A DNA stretch of 64,000 nucleotides. Source: Vulcanimicrobiota bacterium (GTDB taxonomy: Bacteria > Vulcanimicrobiota > JAJTBE01). The notes beneath the pieces were generated by a model, which saw only the letters and a list, made by a program, of their open reading frames with translations, was not told the DNA's origin and made no database searches. Of the stretch, positions 18,418-28,475 are shown piece after piece (position 1 is the first letter of the stretch; every line of letters begins with the position of its first letter). Where the stretch lies: NCBI GenBank assembly GCA_021107945.1, contig JAIORV010000162.1:7999-71998 (forward strand). Reading direction: 5' to 3'. The position numbers and the translations under genes were made by a program.

Positions 18418-20715
18418 TCAATTTAACGATCCAGGACTTGGCTGAAATTTTTTCTCAGACACCAATCGCTTTACTCCGTTCTTATGAAGAAAGGAAGCTA
18501 TATGGGTATGCCCATTCGATGTAGCATATTGCCGGGGTGTCCAGCCCCTGACGTCTTCCGCATTTACATTTGCGCCTTTGGATACAAGGAGTTTGGCCGT
18601 GTCTTTATGTCCATCCGATGCCGCACCGTGCAGAGGTGTCCATCCATCATTGTCCTTCGCATTCACATTTGCCCCCCTGGATATCAGGAGCTCGATGATG
18701 TCTGTGTGTTCTTTGGATTCCGCCAGGTGCAGAGATACCCAGCCGTTATTTTCCTTCGCATTCACATTTGCTCCCCTGGATATAAGGAGCTTGATGACGT
18801 CGATATGTCCATATCTTGCGGCATAGTGCAGAGGTGTCCAGCCTCTGTTCTCCTTCGCATTCACATTTACACCCTTGGATATAAGGAGCCTGACGACGTC
18901 GATATGTCCATATCTTACCGCATAGTGTAGAAGTGTCCAGCCTTTATTATCCTTAACATTTATATCTGCTCCATTTGACATGAGAAATCTGACGATCTCG
19001 GTATTACCTTGATTTGACGCAAAATGAAGGGGTGTCCATCCGTCATTGTCCTTCGCATTTATATTTGCCCCCCTGGATATAAGGAGCTCGACGATATCGC
19101 TGTGTCCTTTGGATTCCGCCAGATGCAGAGGTGTCCAGTTGCTATTTTCCCTCGCATTCACATTTGCCCCCCTGGATATAAGGGACTTGACGACTTCGAT
19201 ATGTCCATATCTTGCCGCATAGTGCAGAGGTGTCCAGTTGCTGTTTTCCTTCGTATTCACATTTGCACTCTTGGATACAAGGAGCTTGACGATGTCGGCA
19301 TGTCCATATCTTGCGGCATAGTGCAGGGGTGTCCATCCGCTATTTTCCTTTGCGTTTACAAGTGCGTTTTTGGATGTGAGGAGTTTGACGATGTCGGTAT
19401 GGCCTTCTTTAGCCGCTCTATGCAGAAGTGTTCTTCCGTTATTATCCTTTGTGTTTACATACGCGCCCTCGGAGATGAGGAGCCTGACGATGTTTGTATG
19501 TCCATTGAATGTAGCATATTGCAGGGGTGTTACGTTTTTGCTGTCCTTTGCATTTACATCTGCCCCCTGGTTGATATATTCTTCAACTGTCATAATTCTA
19601 TCATTCTTAACCGCCTTGAAAAAATCATCATATCTATCGAACTGCCTTTTAATCAACTGATTCTTGGGAAAATATGAAGGGCCTGATGGGGCGGGATCAT
19701 ATGAAGAAGACAAAGCAGGTTTAGTTGCATTTGCAGGAGATTGCCTGTCACTTGTCAGGTGGCTTGGAGTATTAATCACCGGCGGTTTTGAAACAAGAGA
19801 AGATGCAGAATGCCGTCCTTCACTTCCATCGAGTATCTTAATGATCTGATCAATCGAACCGGGACGGTTGACATTGGACATTTCCACCATGGATAGGATG
19901 AGATTGTCGAGAAATTCGGGAATGTCCTTGTTGGAATTTCTTACCGGTTCGAATGTAAAAAGAGGACGGGATGAGTCTTCGGGATTGAGTCCGGAAAGAA
20001 GGTAATGAATCAGAACTCCAAGCGAATAAATATCGTTTTGCGGGGAATCATTGCCCCGGCATTGGTCAGGAGAAGCATAGCCCCGCGTTCCCCACATTGT
20101 GCCTTTTTGCAGGGGTTTCAATATTTTGGCAATTCCAAAATCAACAAGAAGGAGCCTGCCGTTATTAAACATGATATTTGAAGGCTTCAGATCGCGATAG
20201 ACAACGGGAGGGTTCTGAGAATGCAGGTAAGAAAATATGTCGAGAATCTGCCGGAAAAATCCTATAACTTCATCAAGAGGAAGCGGTGGAATGTTCTTCC
20301 TTAGATAGCATTCCAGATCCACGCCTTCGATGAATGTCATCACAAGGTAATGTGATGTTCTTCCGACGGGATCCTCTTTGGTGAAAAAATCTGTTACCTT
20401 GGGAAGTCCTCCGTGATGGAGCTTCGCCAATAGTTTTGCCTCTCTCAGAAACATTTCCTGAAATTTATTCCCGTCTGTGTCGAAATTATAAGTCGCCTGC
20501 ATTTTTTTGACGGCCACGGTCTCTCCTAGGCGTGTGTCAACGGCCCGATAGACACAGCCCATGTTCCCCGACTTTAATATTCTTTCCACCCTATATCGGT
20601 TGTCCAGAAGTTCAACTTGCCGGGTAATTCCCGGCGACATTTTCGCTCCGCATTGGTTGCAATATTTAGTTTTTGATTTTTGATTTCTTCCGCAGATAGT
20701 GCAGTAATGATCCAT
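18418..20715 (-). CDS. Zinc-ribbon / Ser-Thr protein kinase / ankyrin-repeat protein, paralog C (soluble, no TM helix)
   Basis: MDHYCTICGRN...YCNQCG. Kinase motifs conserved. S/P-rich linker followed by about 11 ANK repeats. Confidence 0.85.
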   Translation of the reverse strand: MDHYCTICGRNQKSKTKYCNQCGAKMSPGITRQVELLDNRYRVERILKSGNMGCVYRAVDTRLGETVAVKKMQATYNFDTDGNKFQEMFLREAKLLAKLHHGGLPKVTDFFTKEDPVGRTSHYLVMTFIEGVDLECYLRKNIPPLPLDEVIGFFRQILDIFSYLHSQNPPVVYRDLKPSNIMFNNGRLLLVDFGIAKILKPLQKGTMWGTRGYASPDQCRGNDSPQNDIYSLGVLIHYLLSGLNPEDSSRPLFTFEPVRNSNKDIPEFLDNLILSMVEMSNVNRPGSIDQIIKILDGSEGRHSASSLVSKPPVINTPSHLTSDRQSPANATKPALSSSYDPAPSGPSYFPKNQLIKRQFDRYDDFFKAVKNDRIMTVEEYINQGADVNAKDSKNVTPLQYATFNGHTNIVRLLISEGAYVNTKDNNGRTLLHRAAKEGHTDIVKLLTSKNALVNAKENSGWTPLHYAARYGHADIVKLLVSKSANVNTKENSNWTPLHYAARYGHIEVVKSLISRGANVNARENSNWTPLHLAESKGHSDIVELLISRGANINAKDNDGWTPLHFASNQGNTEIVRFLMSNGADINVKDNKGWTLLHYAVRYGHIDVVRLLISKGVNVNAKENRGWTPLHYAARYGHIDVIKLLISRGANVNAKENNGWVSLHLAESKEHTDIIELLISRGANVNAKDNDGWTPLHGAASDGHKDTAKLLVSKGANVNAEDVRGWTPRQYATSNGHTHIASFLHKNGVKRLVSEKKFQPSPGSLN

Positions 20716-20800
20716 TAAGATAAGACTCCCCCAAAAATTATGATGTTATTCGGACATCTCTTGTGGTGAAAACTATTCAATCACGATTCCATAACTATTC
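20716..20800 (-). promoter_or_regulatory. Conserved leader/promoter block, copy C
   Basis: Aligns with copies A and B. Confidence 0.45.
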
Positions 20801-20918
20801 GGACCGGCCAAAAGACCGGTCTGGAATTAAATCTCGGTGTGGTTGGAATGATTATCCTTTTTTTCAAACTCTGCGTCCTCCGCATCCTCTGCGGTGAATA
20901 CTCAAAGTCATCAAAAAA

Positions 20919-22247
20919 CTATATCTTCAACACCCTCGTCTTGAACTTCGCCAATTTTATCCACTGGACAATGGGGATTCTTGCCGGGCACACGTATGTA
21001 CAGCATCCACATTCCATGCAATCCATAAGGTTATATTCATATTTCGCTTCGGACCATCTCTCAGCTTTTGCCAGTTTTGCAAGCACCTGGGGCATGAGCT
21101 TTTGAGGGCAATGTTTTATGCAGAAGCTGCATCTTATGCAGTTCTCAGGCTCATAAAGCTTCGCCTTTTCTTTAGAGAGAATCAGGATACCCGATGTTCC
21201 CTTGATTACGGGTGTGTCGAGGGTATATTGGGCGATACCCATCATCGGTCCGCCGGATATTACCTTTACAGGCTCTTTTGTCAGACCTCCCGCCGCCTCG
21301 ACAAGGGTTTTGAATGGCGTACCGACGCGAACCTGGAAATTGCCCGGCTCCGCCACACAATCTCCGGTGATGGTAACAATCCTCTCATACAACGGCTTTC
21401 CCTTGACAACGGCTTCATAGACAGCATACGATGTACTCACATTTTGTACCACTGCTCCCACATCGACGGGAAGCCCGCCTGACGGAACCTCTCTGCCCGT
21501 GATGGCGTAAATAAGCTGTTTCTCCGATCCCTGCGGATACCTTGTCTTCATAACCTGAAGCTTCATCGGAGAATGACTGCTCTCGGTTTTCTCAAGCTCT
21601 TTTTCTATGGAGCTTATCGCCAGATGTTTGTTGTCCTCGACAGCTATTATAACTTCCGTCGCTGCTGTGGCGCGTTTTAATATCCTGACACCCTCGAGCA
21701 TCTCTGCGGTTTTTTCGCGCATAAGCCTGTCATCGCTTGTGAGAAAAGGCTCACATTCCGCACCGTTAATGATGAGAACATCCACCTTTTTCCCTTTCGG
21801 CGGAGATATTTTGACATGGGTCGGGAAGGCCGCGCCTCCCATGCCCACGACTCCAGCTTCCTTGACAAGGGCTACAATGTCGGCGGGTTTCATATCATGC
21901 CACCGGCGGTTTGCGGGTTTGCATTCAAGCATATCAACGCCGGAACCCTGGATAACAATTGCCTTGGATTCTCCGAACACCGGATGTGGTCTGTTCTCTA
22001 TTGCCTTGACCGCGCCGGTGATGGACGAATGAACCACGGCGGTAATGAATGATTCCGCCTGGGCAATTTTCTGTCCCGTTCTTACCTCGTCTTTTACTTT
22101 AACAAGGGGAGTCGCCGGGGCTCCAAGATGTTGTGAGACAGGAATTACAACTTCTTTTGGCGCATCGAGCACCTGTATAAGTTCAGTCTCGGTTAATTCT
22201 TTGTTTCCGGCAGGATGGATTCCTCCGGGAAATACAATTGTACTCAT
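20919..22247 (-). CDS. RnfC-like electron-transport subunit (SLBB NADH-binding domain plus two 4Fe-4S ferredoxin motifs), with no other Rnf subunits nearby
   Basis: N-terminal GGIHPAGNKELTE, GGAAFPTHVK, and clusters CIRCSFCIKHCP and CMECGCCTYVCP. Confidence 0.7.
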   Translation of the reverse strand: MSTIVFPGGIHPAGNKELTETELIQVLDAPKEVVIPVSQHLGAPATPLVKVKDEVRTGQKIAQAESFITAVVHSSITGAVKAIENRPHPVFGESKAIVIQGSGVDMLECKPANRRWHDMKPADIVALVKEAGVVGMGGAAFPTHVKISPPKGKKVDVLIINGAECEPFLTSDDRLMREKTAEMLEGVRILKRATAATEVIIAVEDNKHLAISSIEKELEKTESSHSPMKLQVMKTRYPQGSEKQLIYAITGREVPSGGLPVDVGAVVQNVSTSYAVYEAVVKGKPLYERIVTITGDCVAEPGNFQVRVGTPFKTLVEAAGGLTKEPVKVISGGPMMGIAQYTLDTPVIKGTSGILILSKEKAKLYEPENCIRCSFCIKHCPQKLMPQVLAKLAKAERWSEAKYEYNLMDCMECGCCTYVCPARIPIVQWIKLAKFKTRVLKI

Positions 22248-22251
22248 TTTA

Positions 22252-23118
22252 TCACCTTATGTTTATTTCGGTTTTCATTTCTTTATTGATTTTTTCTGAG
22301 AATTTTGCCAGGAAATGTGCCGTCCATGTAAGTAATCCGGGATTAAACTGGAAACTATCCTCAACAATAACATCTTCAAGGAGATGTCTCTTCATTTCAT
22401 AACATAGTCCATACTGGATATCTACCAGGATCGACAGGAGGGTCGAGATGTCACCATCGGGGAAGTTGGATAACCTATACACTTCCTTTGCAAGTTGTAC
22501 GCACTCCTGATAGACATCTGCTATTTCATTTGCCAATTCCCGATAGACTTTCTCCGGGACATCCGCCTGCCGTAATTTCACCCGTAATGCTTCCTTGAGA
22601 GCTTCATAGTCCGAGGACATTTCCTCACGGCTTATGGATATTTCTTCCACTTCTTCGCCTGTGTCTTTATTCTCTTCCAATATGTCTTCTAAATCAACAT
22701 TCTCCGGTTCTTCCAGTGCCTCGGGCTCCGGCTCCTCCTCATATTCATCTTCGCCCAGGAACTTTTCACCTTCCAGTACCTCCTCGAGTGTCCTGATAAG
22801 GGTGTCGAGCGGACCATGGAGGTTCTGCGTGTTGAATAATAGGCGTTTTGAACTTTCCCTGATATATAGAATAAACTTGAGATATTCACCCCAGTCTCCA
22901 TCGTCGGCGGAAAGGAATTTCTCAACATATCCCATATAATCCATGGTGAGTATGGACATTTGCCCTATGTAAAAGGAGGGCTTGATCAGAGCCAGCATAT
23001 TGACCCGGGATGAGGCAAGCTTCTTATAGACATCATTGGTAATATCACTGGCAGTGGTTTTTTGCTTCAGTTTTATAATTACATCATTCCAGAAAGACAT
23101 TTTTTCTCTTCCTTTCAA
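22252..23118 (-). CDS. Hypothetical protein with a strongly acidic central region (EDEYEEEPEPEALEEPENVD)
   Basis: Long ORF abutting the downstream gene. The stop of the 950-aa gene (23119) is adjacent to this start (23118). No recognisable motifs. Confidence 0.5.
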   Translation of the reverse strand: MKGREKMSFWNDVIIKLKQKTTASDITNDVYKKLASSRVNMLALIKPSFYIGQMSILTMDYMGYVEKFLSADDGDWGEYLKFILYIRESSKRLLFNTQNLHGPLDTLIRTLEEVLEGEKFLGEDEYEEEPEPEALEEPENVDLEDILEENKDTGEEVEEISISREEMSSDYEALKEALRVKLRQADVPEKVYRELANEIADVYQECVQLAKEVYRLSNFPDGDISTLLSILVDIQYGLCYEMKRHLLEDVIVEDSFQFNPGLLTWTAHFLAKFSEKINKEMKTEINIR

Positions 23119-25971
23119 TTAGAATAACAATTCGACGAGTCTTGATCGCAATTCCTCGCCCTTGAGTCCATCGTTTCTTATAGTGCGAATCTTCTCGGCA
23201 AGTTTCGGGCGATCAAGCTCATATTCCAACCAGTTGGCAAAATCTCCCTTGGACAAATGGAACGCCAAGGACGCGGGATCTATAAAGTGAATGGAGTCAA
23301 CAAACTCCTTGTAACTCCTTGCCCTTATGCCCAGGTATTTACCGGGAATCCAGAAATGGAAAGCACGATCTACGGCAAGATATATTTGCTTCTTGGGATC
23401 CTTCACCTTTTCTTTGACTTTTTCAAGCCTCTCATGCTCCCCAACTATTTTTACATCAACTGTTTCAGGTTTGTCTTCTTTCAATCGCTCGATTGTCTGA
23501 CTGAATTTTTTCAGTAGTTCCCAGGCCTCTTCTTTCGAAGCGGCTTCGGTGTAAACATGAAAGAGAGGCGCAGAAGGATCCGGGAGCATGAGAACCCACG
23601 CCTGGTCAAAGAATATCTTCAAACCTTCTATCACTTCCATAGGCTTATCCTCATGCACTTCAATCATACGGCGCATTATCTTGCCCTTTTCCTGCCAGGT
23701 GCAGCCAACAGTATCATGTGCCATATAAAAAGCGGGAACCTCGCTGAAAATCTCGGATAACTTCCTTTTTTCCCTTGCCATAAATTCAAGCATTTTGGCG
23801 AATGCAAACATCGCATCAAATGAGGGATGAAAACGAGGGAATATGAAGGAACCGTTAGAGTGGGCGGCAAAGACGATCTTCTGCTCGCCGAGATTTGACG
23901 TGTGCATCAGAGACCTGCCATCACTCTTTGTTGTGATAACCTTGCCTCCGTGTCTGTGCGCTATCTCTTCTATGACAGAAGGAGCGGTGACGGGCACGAC
24001 GACCATTCCCTGATCAGAGTGCTTCAGGACAAGATGAGTGAACAGGGCGAGAAGCCTGTTGTCCGAAATTATATCACCCTTGTCATCGACTATTACAATC
24101 TTCTCACAATCCATATCTATCCGTACACCAAGATCAGCATTTAAAGTGAGGACAATATTCTTGAGGCTTGTTAGTTCTTCTTCAACTCTTGATATTGATT
24201 CCGAGGCTTTCTCCGCGTCCAGATATGCGTTAATTGAAATAGTCTCACATCCCATTTTTCCCAGGATATGTGGCAGAACAAGTGATGCGATTCCATAACT
24301 ATAATTCAGAACAACCTTGAGCCTTGCTTTTTTGATGAGATCCTGATCCAGATTTTTAAAGAATCCCTCGTTATACTGATCAATAATTCTCCCGGGAAAT
24401 TCAATCGTGCCGACTTCGTCCATCGAAGTTCTTCGAAAGTCTTCCCTGAAGAAAATATTTTCCAATTTCCTCTCGACCGATTTGTTTATATTAATTCCAT
24501 TATCATCAAAGAACTCGATAAGAACATTCCGCGGATCCCAAGGATCTATTCTGGCATGAATTCCGCCCTTTGCACCGGTGTTTTTAACGACATACCTACT
24601 CACGGGAGCAGGATTGACACGGAGATCATAGCAATTAACACCCACTGAAATTAACCCGCATATAATCGAGCGGTTGAGCATGCGTGCAGCAGGGTGGGAA
24701 TCACGGCTGGTTATTGCGGCTGAGCCTTTTGCAAGGTAAGCTCCATATGCCGCCCCGAGCTTCATGGCAAATTCCGGTGTTATCTCGATATTGGCTAATC
24801 CTGATATCCCGTCAACGCCAAATAGTGAACCGGGCCATCTGCCTCCCCAGATAAGGCTCATATTTACAGTTGCGCCGGCTTCGATGTTCTTGTTCGGCCA
24901 TACCTTGACCTGTGGTTGTACAACCGCCCCGGAATCTATGAACACCTTGTCTCCAAGAACTACACCTTCGTTGATTACAACATTATTCTTTATCGTACTC
25001 TGGCGGCATACTATTCCTCCGGACATCCTGCTGTTCTTTCCAAGATAAACATTATTCCAGAGAGTTGACATGTGAACAACTGCTCCCTCCTCGACTATGC
25101 AGTTGTCGCCGATTATGGTGTATTCATCCACATGAGCGTTTGCCTTGATCCGGCAGTTTCTGCCTATTATGGCAGGGCCGCCGATGTTGGCGGAAGGATG
25201 AATCTCACTACCTTCTCCGAGCCAGACATTCCTTCTGATTTTTTCACCGGGAATCTTTACATCCACTTTACTCTGCATTATATCAGACTGGGCGTTTCTG
25301 TATTGCTGAAGGTTGCCGATATCGCACCAGTAACCGGTTGTAATACAGCCGTATATGGATTTTTCTTCCTCCAGGAGTTTGGGAAATATATCCTTGCTCC
25401 AATCATAATTTTTGCCTCTTACCATATAATCTAAAACTTCAGGCTCGAGGATATATATCCCGGTATTGATTGTATCGCTGAAAACCTCTCCCCAGGAAGG
25501 CTTTTCAAGAAACCTGCGTATCGCTCCATTTTCTTCCGTTATAACAACGCCAAATTCCAGCGGATTATCAACTCTTGTAAGTGTAAGAGTGGCAAGAGAT
25601 TTCTTCTCATTATGGAAGTCAATAATTCCCTTGAGATTGAAATCAGTGAGAGCATCTCCGCTGACGATAACAAAAGTTTCATCAAGGAAATCGTCCAGGA
25701 GTTTAACCGCTCCCGCCGTTCCAAGTGGCTCTTCTTCAACGGAATAGTGAAGTTGAACTCCCCAATCGGAGCCGTCTCCGAAATAGCTCACAATTTCATC
25801 GGCCAGATAGTGAAGTGTCGCTGCAATCTGGGTAATACCATTCTTCTTAAGAAGCTCGATGATATATTCCATTACAGGCTTGTTGCATAAAGGTACCAAA
25901 GGCTTAGGCTTGTTACAGGTAAGTGGTCTCAGCCTGGAACCTTCTCCTCCCGCCATTACTACTGCCTTCAT
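23119..25971 (-). CDS. Fusion enzyme: sugar-1-phosphate nucleotidyltransferase, left-handed beta-helix and phosphomannomutase/phosphoglucomutase-like domains
   Basis: N-terminal [22 protein letters not shown] (NTP-transferase G-loop). Hexapeptide repeats at aa 250-400. PGM/PMM-like region TSRDSHPA ... [11 protein letters not shown]. 950 aa. Confidence 0.8.
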   Translation of the reverse strand: MKAVVMAGGEGSRLRPLTCNKPKPLVPLCNKPVMEYIIELLKKNGITQIAATLHYLADEIVSYFGDGSDWGVQLHYSVEEEPLGTAGAVKLLDDFLDETFVIVSGDALTDFNLKGIIDFHNEKKSLATLTLTRVDNPLEFGVVITEENGAIRRFLEKPSWGEVFSDTINTGIYILEPEVLDYMVRGKNYDWSKDIFPKLLEEEKSIYGCITTGYWCDIGNLQQYRNAQSDIMQSKVDVKIPGEKIRRNVWLGEGSEIHPSANIGGPAIIGRNCRIKANAHVDEYTIIGDNCIVEEGAVVHMSTLWNNVYLGKNSRMSGGIVCRQSTIKNNVVINEGVVLGDKVFIDSGAVVQPQVKVWPNKNIEAGATVNMSLIWGGRWPGSLFGVDGISGLANIEITPEFAMKLGAAYGAYLAKGSAAITSRDSHPAARMLNRSIICGLISVGVNCYDLRVNPAPVSRYVVKNTGAKGGIHARIDPWDPRNVLIEFFDDNGININKSVERKLENIFFREDFRRTSMDEVGTIEFPGRIIDQYNEGFFKNLDQDLIKKARLKVVLNYSYGIASLVLPHILGKMGCETISINAYLDAEKASESISRVEEELTSLKNIVLTLNADLGVRIDMDCEKIVIVDDKGDIISDNRLLALFTHLVLKHSDQGMVVVPVTAPSVIEEIAHRHGGKVITTKSDGRSLMHTSNLGEQKIVFAAHSNGSFIFPRFHPSFDAMFAFAKMLEFMAREKRKLSEIFSEVPAFYMAHDTVGCTWQEKGKIMRRMIEVHEDKPMEVIEGLKIFFDQAWVLMLPDPSAPLFHVYTEAASKEEAWELLKKFSQTIERLKEDKPETVDVKIVGEHERLEKVKEKVKDPKKQIYLAVDRAFHFWIPGKYLGIRARSYKEFVDSIHFIDPASLAFHLSKGDFANWLEYELDRPKLAEKIRTIRNDGLKGEELRSRLVELLF

Positions 25972-26280
25972 TTTTCATTAACCCCCTTGATAAAATAAAT
26001 TATTAAAGGCTCCTCAAAACAAGACCAGGGATAGGAGCCAGCAAAGTAAATAAAATTAAAATCATTGAAATATCACCTTGTATATTTCAATTTCTGCTTC
26101 CAAAATCCTCCGGATCATGGTTCGTGATAAAAAAAAGATTGTACCCATTAAGACTAACCGCAGCAAGAGAGGCTCCCAGCCTCGATTCTAATGGCAGTCC
26201 GCCTCGATATTCGTGGTAAGATGCTACTCCCATAAAGGAGGTTTTAATGTTTTAAAGATTGATATTTAAAGTGTAATTAT

Positions 26281-26340
26281 TCAGACCGCCCCACTATTTG
26301 GGTAGAGGCTGGTCTCCCGACCAGCCTGGAAACGGCATAA
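26281..26340. ncRNA. About 60-nt conserved hairpin element, copy 2 (reverse orientation relative to copy 1)
   Basis: rc = TTATGCCGTTTCC-AGGCTGGTC-GGGA-GACCAGCCT-CTACCCAAATAGTGGGG. The stem is preserved by compensatory changes relative to 14653-14712. Confidence 0.4.
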
Positions 26341-26366
26341 AATAGGGGTTGGGAAACCCCTACAGA
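26340..26366. repeat. REP-like element in reverse orientation (rc = TCTGTAGGGGTTTCCCAACCCCTATTT)
   Basis: Matches TGTAGGAGGGGTTTCCTAACCCCGATAAA at 37618-37649. Confidence 0.6.
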
Positions 26367-26385
26367 ATGGGTCTGAATACATACT

Positions 26386-26811
26386 TTAAATTGTGTCCCT
26401 TATTGATGAAAGCCTTAGTGCGAATTTCTCTGCCGATTCCTCGTTGCCGATTATTTCAAAGTCAAAAAGAAATCCCCCATTTTCTTCGACAATTTTCATG
26501 AGATGTTTTAGAGAAGTTGATGCTCTATTAACTTTCTTTGTAACGAAGACTGCAATTTGCTTTCCTCCGATAAAGGGGCTGTTATTGATAAATTCTTCAA
26601 ATTCCATCGGAATTCCACCGCTCCGGGATGTTTGCCCAAGTCCAATAATTATCAGTTTTGAGGAGGAGAACAGTCCGGAATGAAATGTGTCAGTTTTTTC
26701 CGCCTCTTTGATTTCGAAAAGATCAACATCAAATCCCTCGTCCCTGAGGGCTTTTCCCATTGTTTTTACGATGTTGGTGATTTCCTTATTATAGGCAATT
26801 GCAAGTTTCAC
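26386..26811 (-). CDS. Flavodoxin-like fold protein
   Basis: MKLAIAYN start, then IIIGLGQTSRSGG and IAVFVTKK, giving an alpha/beta flavodoxin-like pattern. 141 aa. Confidence 0.45.
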   Translation of the reverse strand: MKLAIAYNKEITNIVKTMGKALRDEGFDVDLFEIKEAEKTDTFHSGLFSSSKLIIIGLGQTSRSGGIPMEFEEFINNSPFIGGKQIAVFVTKKVNRASTSLKHLMKIVEENGGFLFDFEIIGNEESAEKFALRLSSIRDTI

Positions 26812-26915
26812 AAACTTGTTATTTGTTGATTTTGATTTAATTCCTTTGAGGAAGGAGATTAAATATGTTAGTTTAACTTTTATGATATGGTTAAGTTATT
26901 TGTAAGAAAGGGGAC

Positions 26916-27227
26916 ATGATAATGGTAGCATTAGTAGTAACAGGTAAATTTAAGAATCCTGAAATGATGGAAAAGGCAATAGGAATGGAAGGTCATTTTG
27001 TCTCACATGGCAAAAAACTCCTGGAGAAGTTCCATTGCAAGGGTGGGGTTCTATTGACTCACCCCGACGGAAAGTTCAGTGATATCAGCTTCTGGGACAA
27101 TGAAGAAGATGCAAAGAAAATAATGGAAAATTCCATTGTCAAGGAAATGATGAAAATGAGTAAGGTATTACTTGACGGGGAAATGAAAGTTGATTATGCA
27201 GATGTAAGCATTAGTCTGGGTATATAA
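26916..27227 (+). CDS. Small hypothetical protein (possibly ABM/Dabb-like)
   Basis: 103-aa ORF followed by an intrinsic terminator. Weak resemblance to ABM monooxygenase-fold proteins. Confidence 0.4.
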   Translation: MIMVALVVTGKFKNPEMMEKAIGMEGHFVSHGKKLLEKFHCKGGVLLTHPDGKFSDISFWDNEEDAKKIMENSIVKEMMKMSKVLLDGEMKVDYADVSISLGI

Positions 27228-27265
27228 CCGGCAAGTGGTACCTATAGATATTCCCGGATTGTTAT

Positions 27266-27306
27266 AAAATTAATCGGGAGCTTTAAAAAAATAAGGCTCC
27301 TTTTTT
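27266..27306 (+). terminator. Rho-independent terminator
   Basis: GGGAGCTTTAAAAAAATAAGGCTCC followed by TTTTTTATT. Confidence 0.5.
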
Positions 27307-27371
27307 ATTGACTGTATCAATTCATTTGATTCCGCTTTGTGGGCTTCGAATACTCTATGGCCAATGGATAT

Positions 27372-28172
27372 CTATAATTCAACTTTTTTTACGGTTGGGA
27401 TCTTTCCTCCGAAGAACCTGCTCCCCATTTTCTGAAATTCCTCAGGATCTCCGCTCACAAAAAATTCATGAAGAGAGTTTTCGTTATTCGACAGCATTTC
27501 TCTTTCTTCAAGACTTTTCTTTAAATGTTCCGCCACCGCTTTGGCGGGATCGATTATTTTTATCCCGTGATTCATAATTTTATTTATAGTGGGTATTAAG
27601 TAGGGATAATGGGTACAACCTAATATGAGCGTATCAATTTTGGAATCAATAAGAGGCTTCAGATCCTGTCTTACAATCTCCTCAACTTCCTCTCCGGAGA
27701 CATTTCCTGCCTCTATAAGTGGAACCCATCGTTTGCATGGGCTTTGAAATACCATTGTACCGTTCAGGGATATGTTTTTAATAGTTCTTTTATACGCTCC
27801 GTTTTTCACGGTCAATGGGTTTGCGACTACACCTATTCTTTCATTTTTGGAAGTTTCAAGCGCCATCCTTGATGCGAACTCAATCACTCCCAGCGTCGGA
27901 ATATTTAATCTCCCGTTCAGTCGGGGAAGCACTATTGCCGACGATGTATTACATGCCATAACAAGGGCTTTTATTCCCTTGGTACAAAAAAAATCTATTA
28001 TATTGTGAACATATTTAATTATTTGTGTCTCGGTCTTGTCCCCATAAGGAACGTGTGCCGTGTCGCCAAAATATATGATTTTCTCTTCCGGTAAAGTTTT
28101 TGATATGGCGTTAGCTACGGTGAGCCCGCCTACACCGGAATCGAAAACTCCGATTCCCTTGTTTCTATTCAT
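27372..28172 (-). CDS. murI: Glutamate racemase
   Basis: VFDSGVGGLTV, MACNTSS and LGCTHYP motifs. 266 aa. Confidence 0.9.
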   Translation of the reverse strand: MNRNKGIGVFDSGVGGLTVANAISKTLPEEKIIYFGDTAHVPYGDKTETQIIKYVHNIIDFFCTKGIKALVMACNTSSAIVLPRLNGRLNIPTLGVIEFASRMALETSKNERIGVVANPLTVKNGAYKRTIKNISLNGTMVFQSPCKRWVPLIEAGNVSGEEVEEIVRQDLKPLIDSKIDTLILGCTHYPYLIPTINKIMNHGIKIIDPAKAVAEHLKKSLEEREMLSNNENSLHEFFVSGDPEEFQKMGSRFFGGKIPTVKKVEL

Positions 28173-28475
28173 TATGAAACCGCCTTGAAAAATAATCTCT
28201 CCAATCCTCTGCGACGGATAGTAGTAATTTAATCACATTTTAACGGAATCCTTCGCGTGAATCAATCGAACTAAGGACATATATGATTACAATTTAGTAA
28301 CAATTTGGCAACAAATTCATTGGAGGTTTATTGTGGATTTTGAAGAATAAAAGATAGGTTACATTTTATCATGGTTTTTTTGAATGGTTGTTATTAAATA
28401 TTCAGAGGAATCCTTGCAGGTAAAATAGAAATATGTATAAAATTTGAAAAACCACTGAAAGAGGGTTGCGGATAT

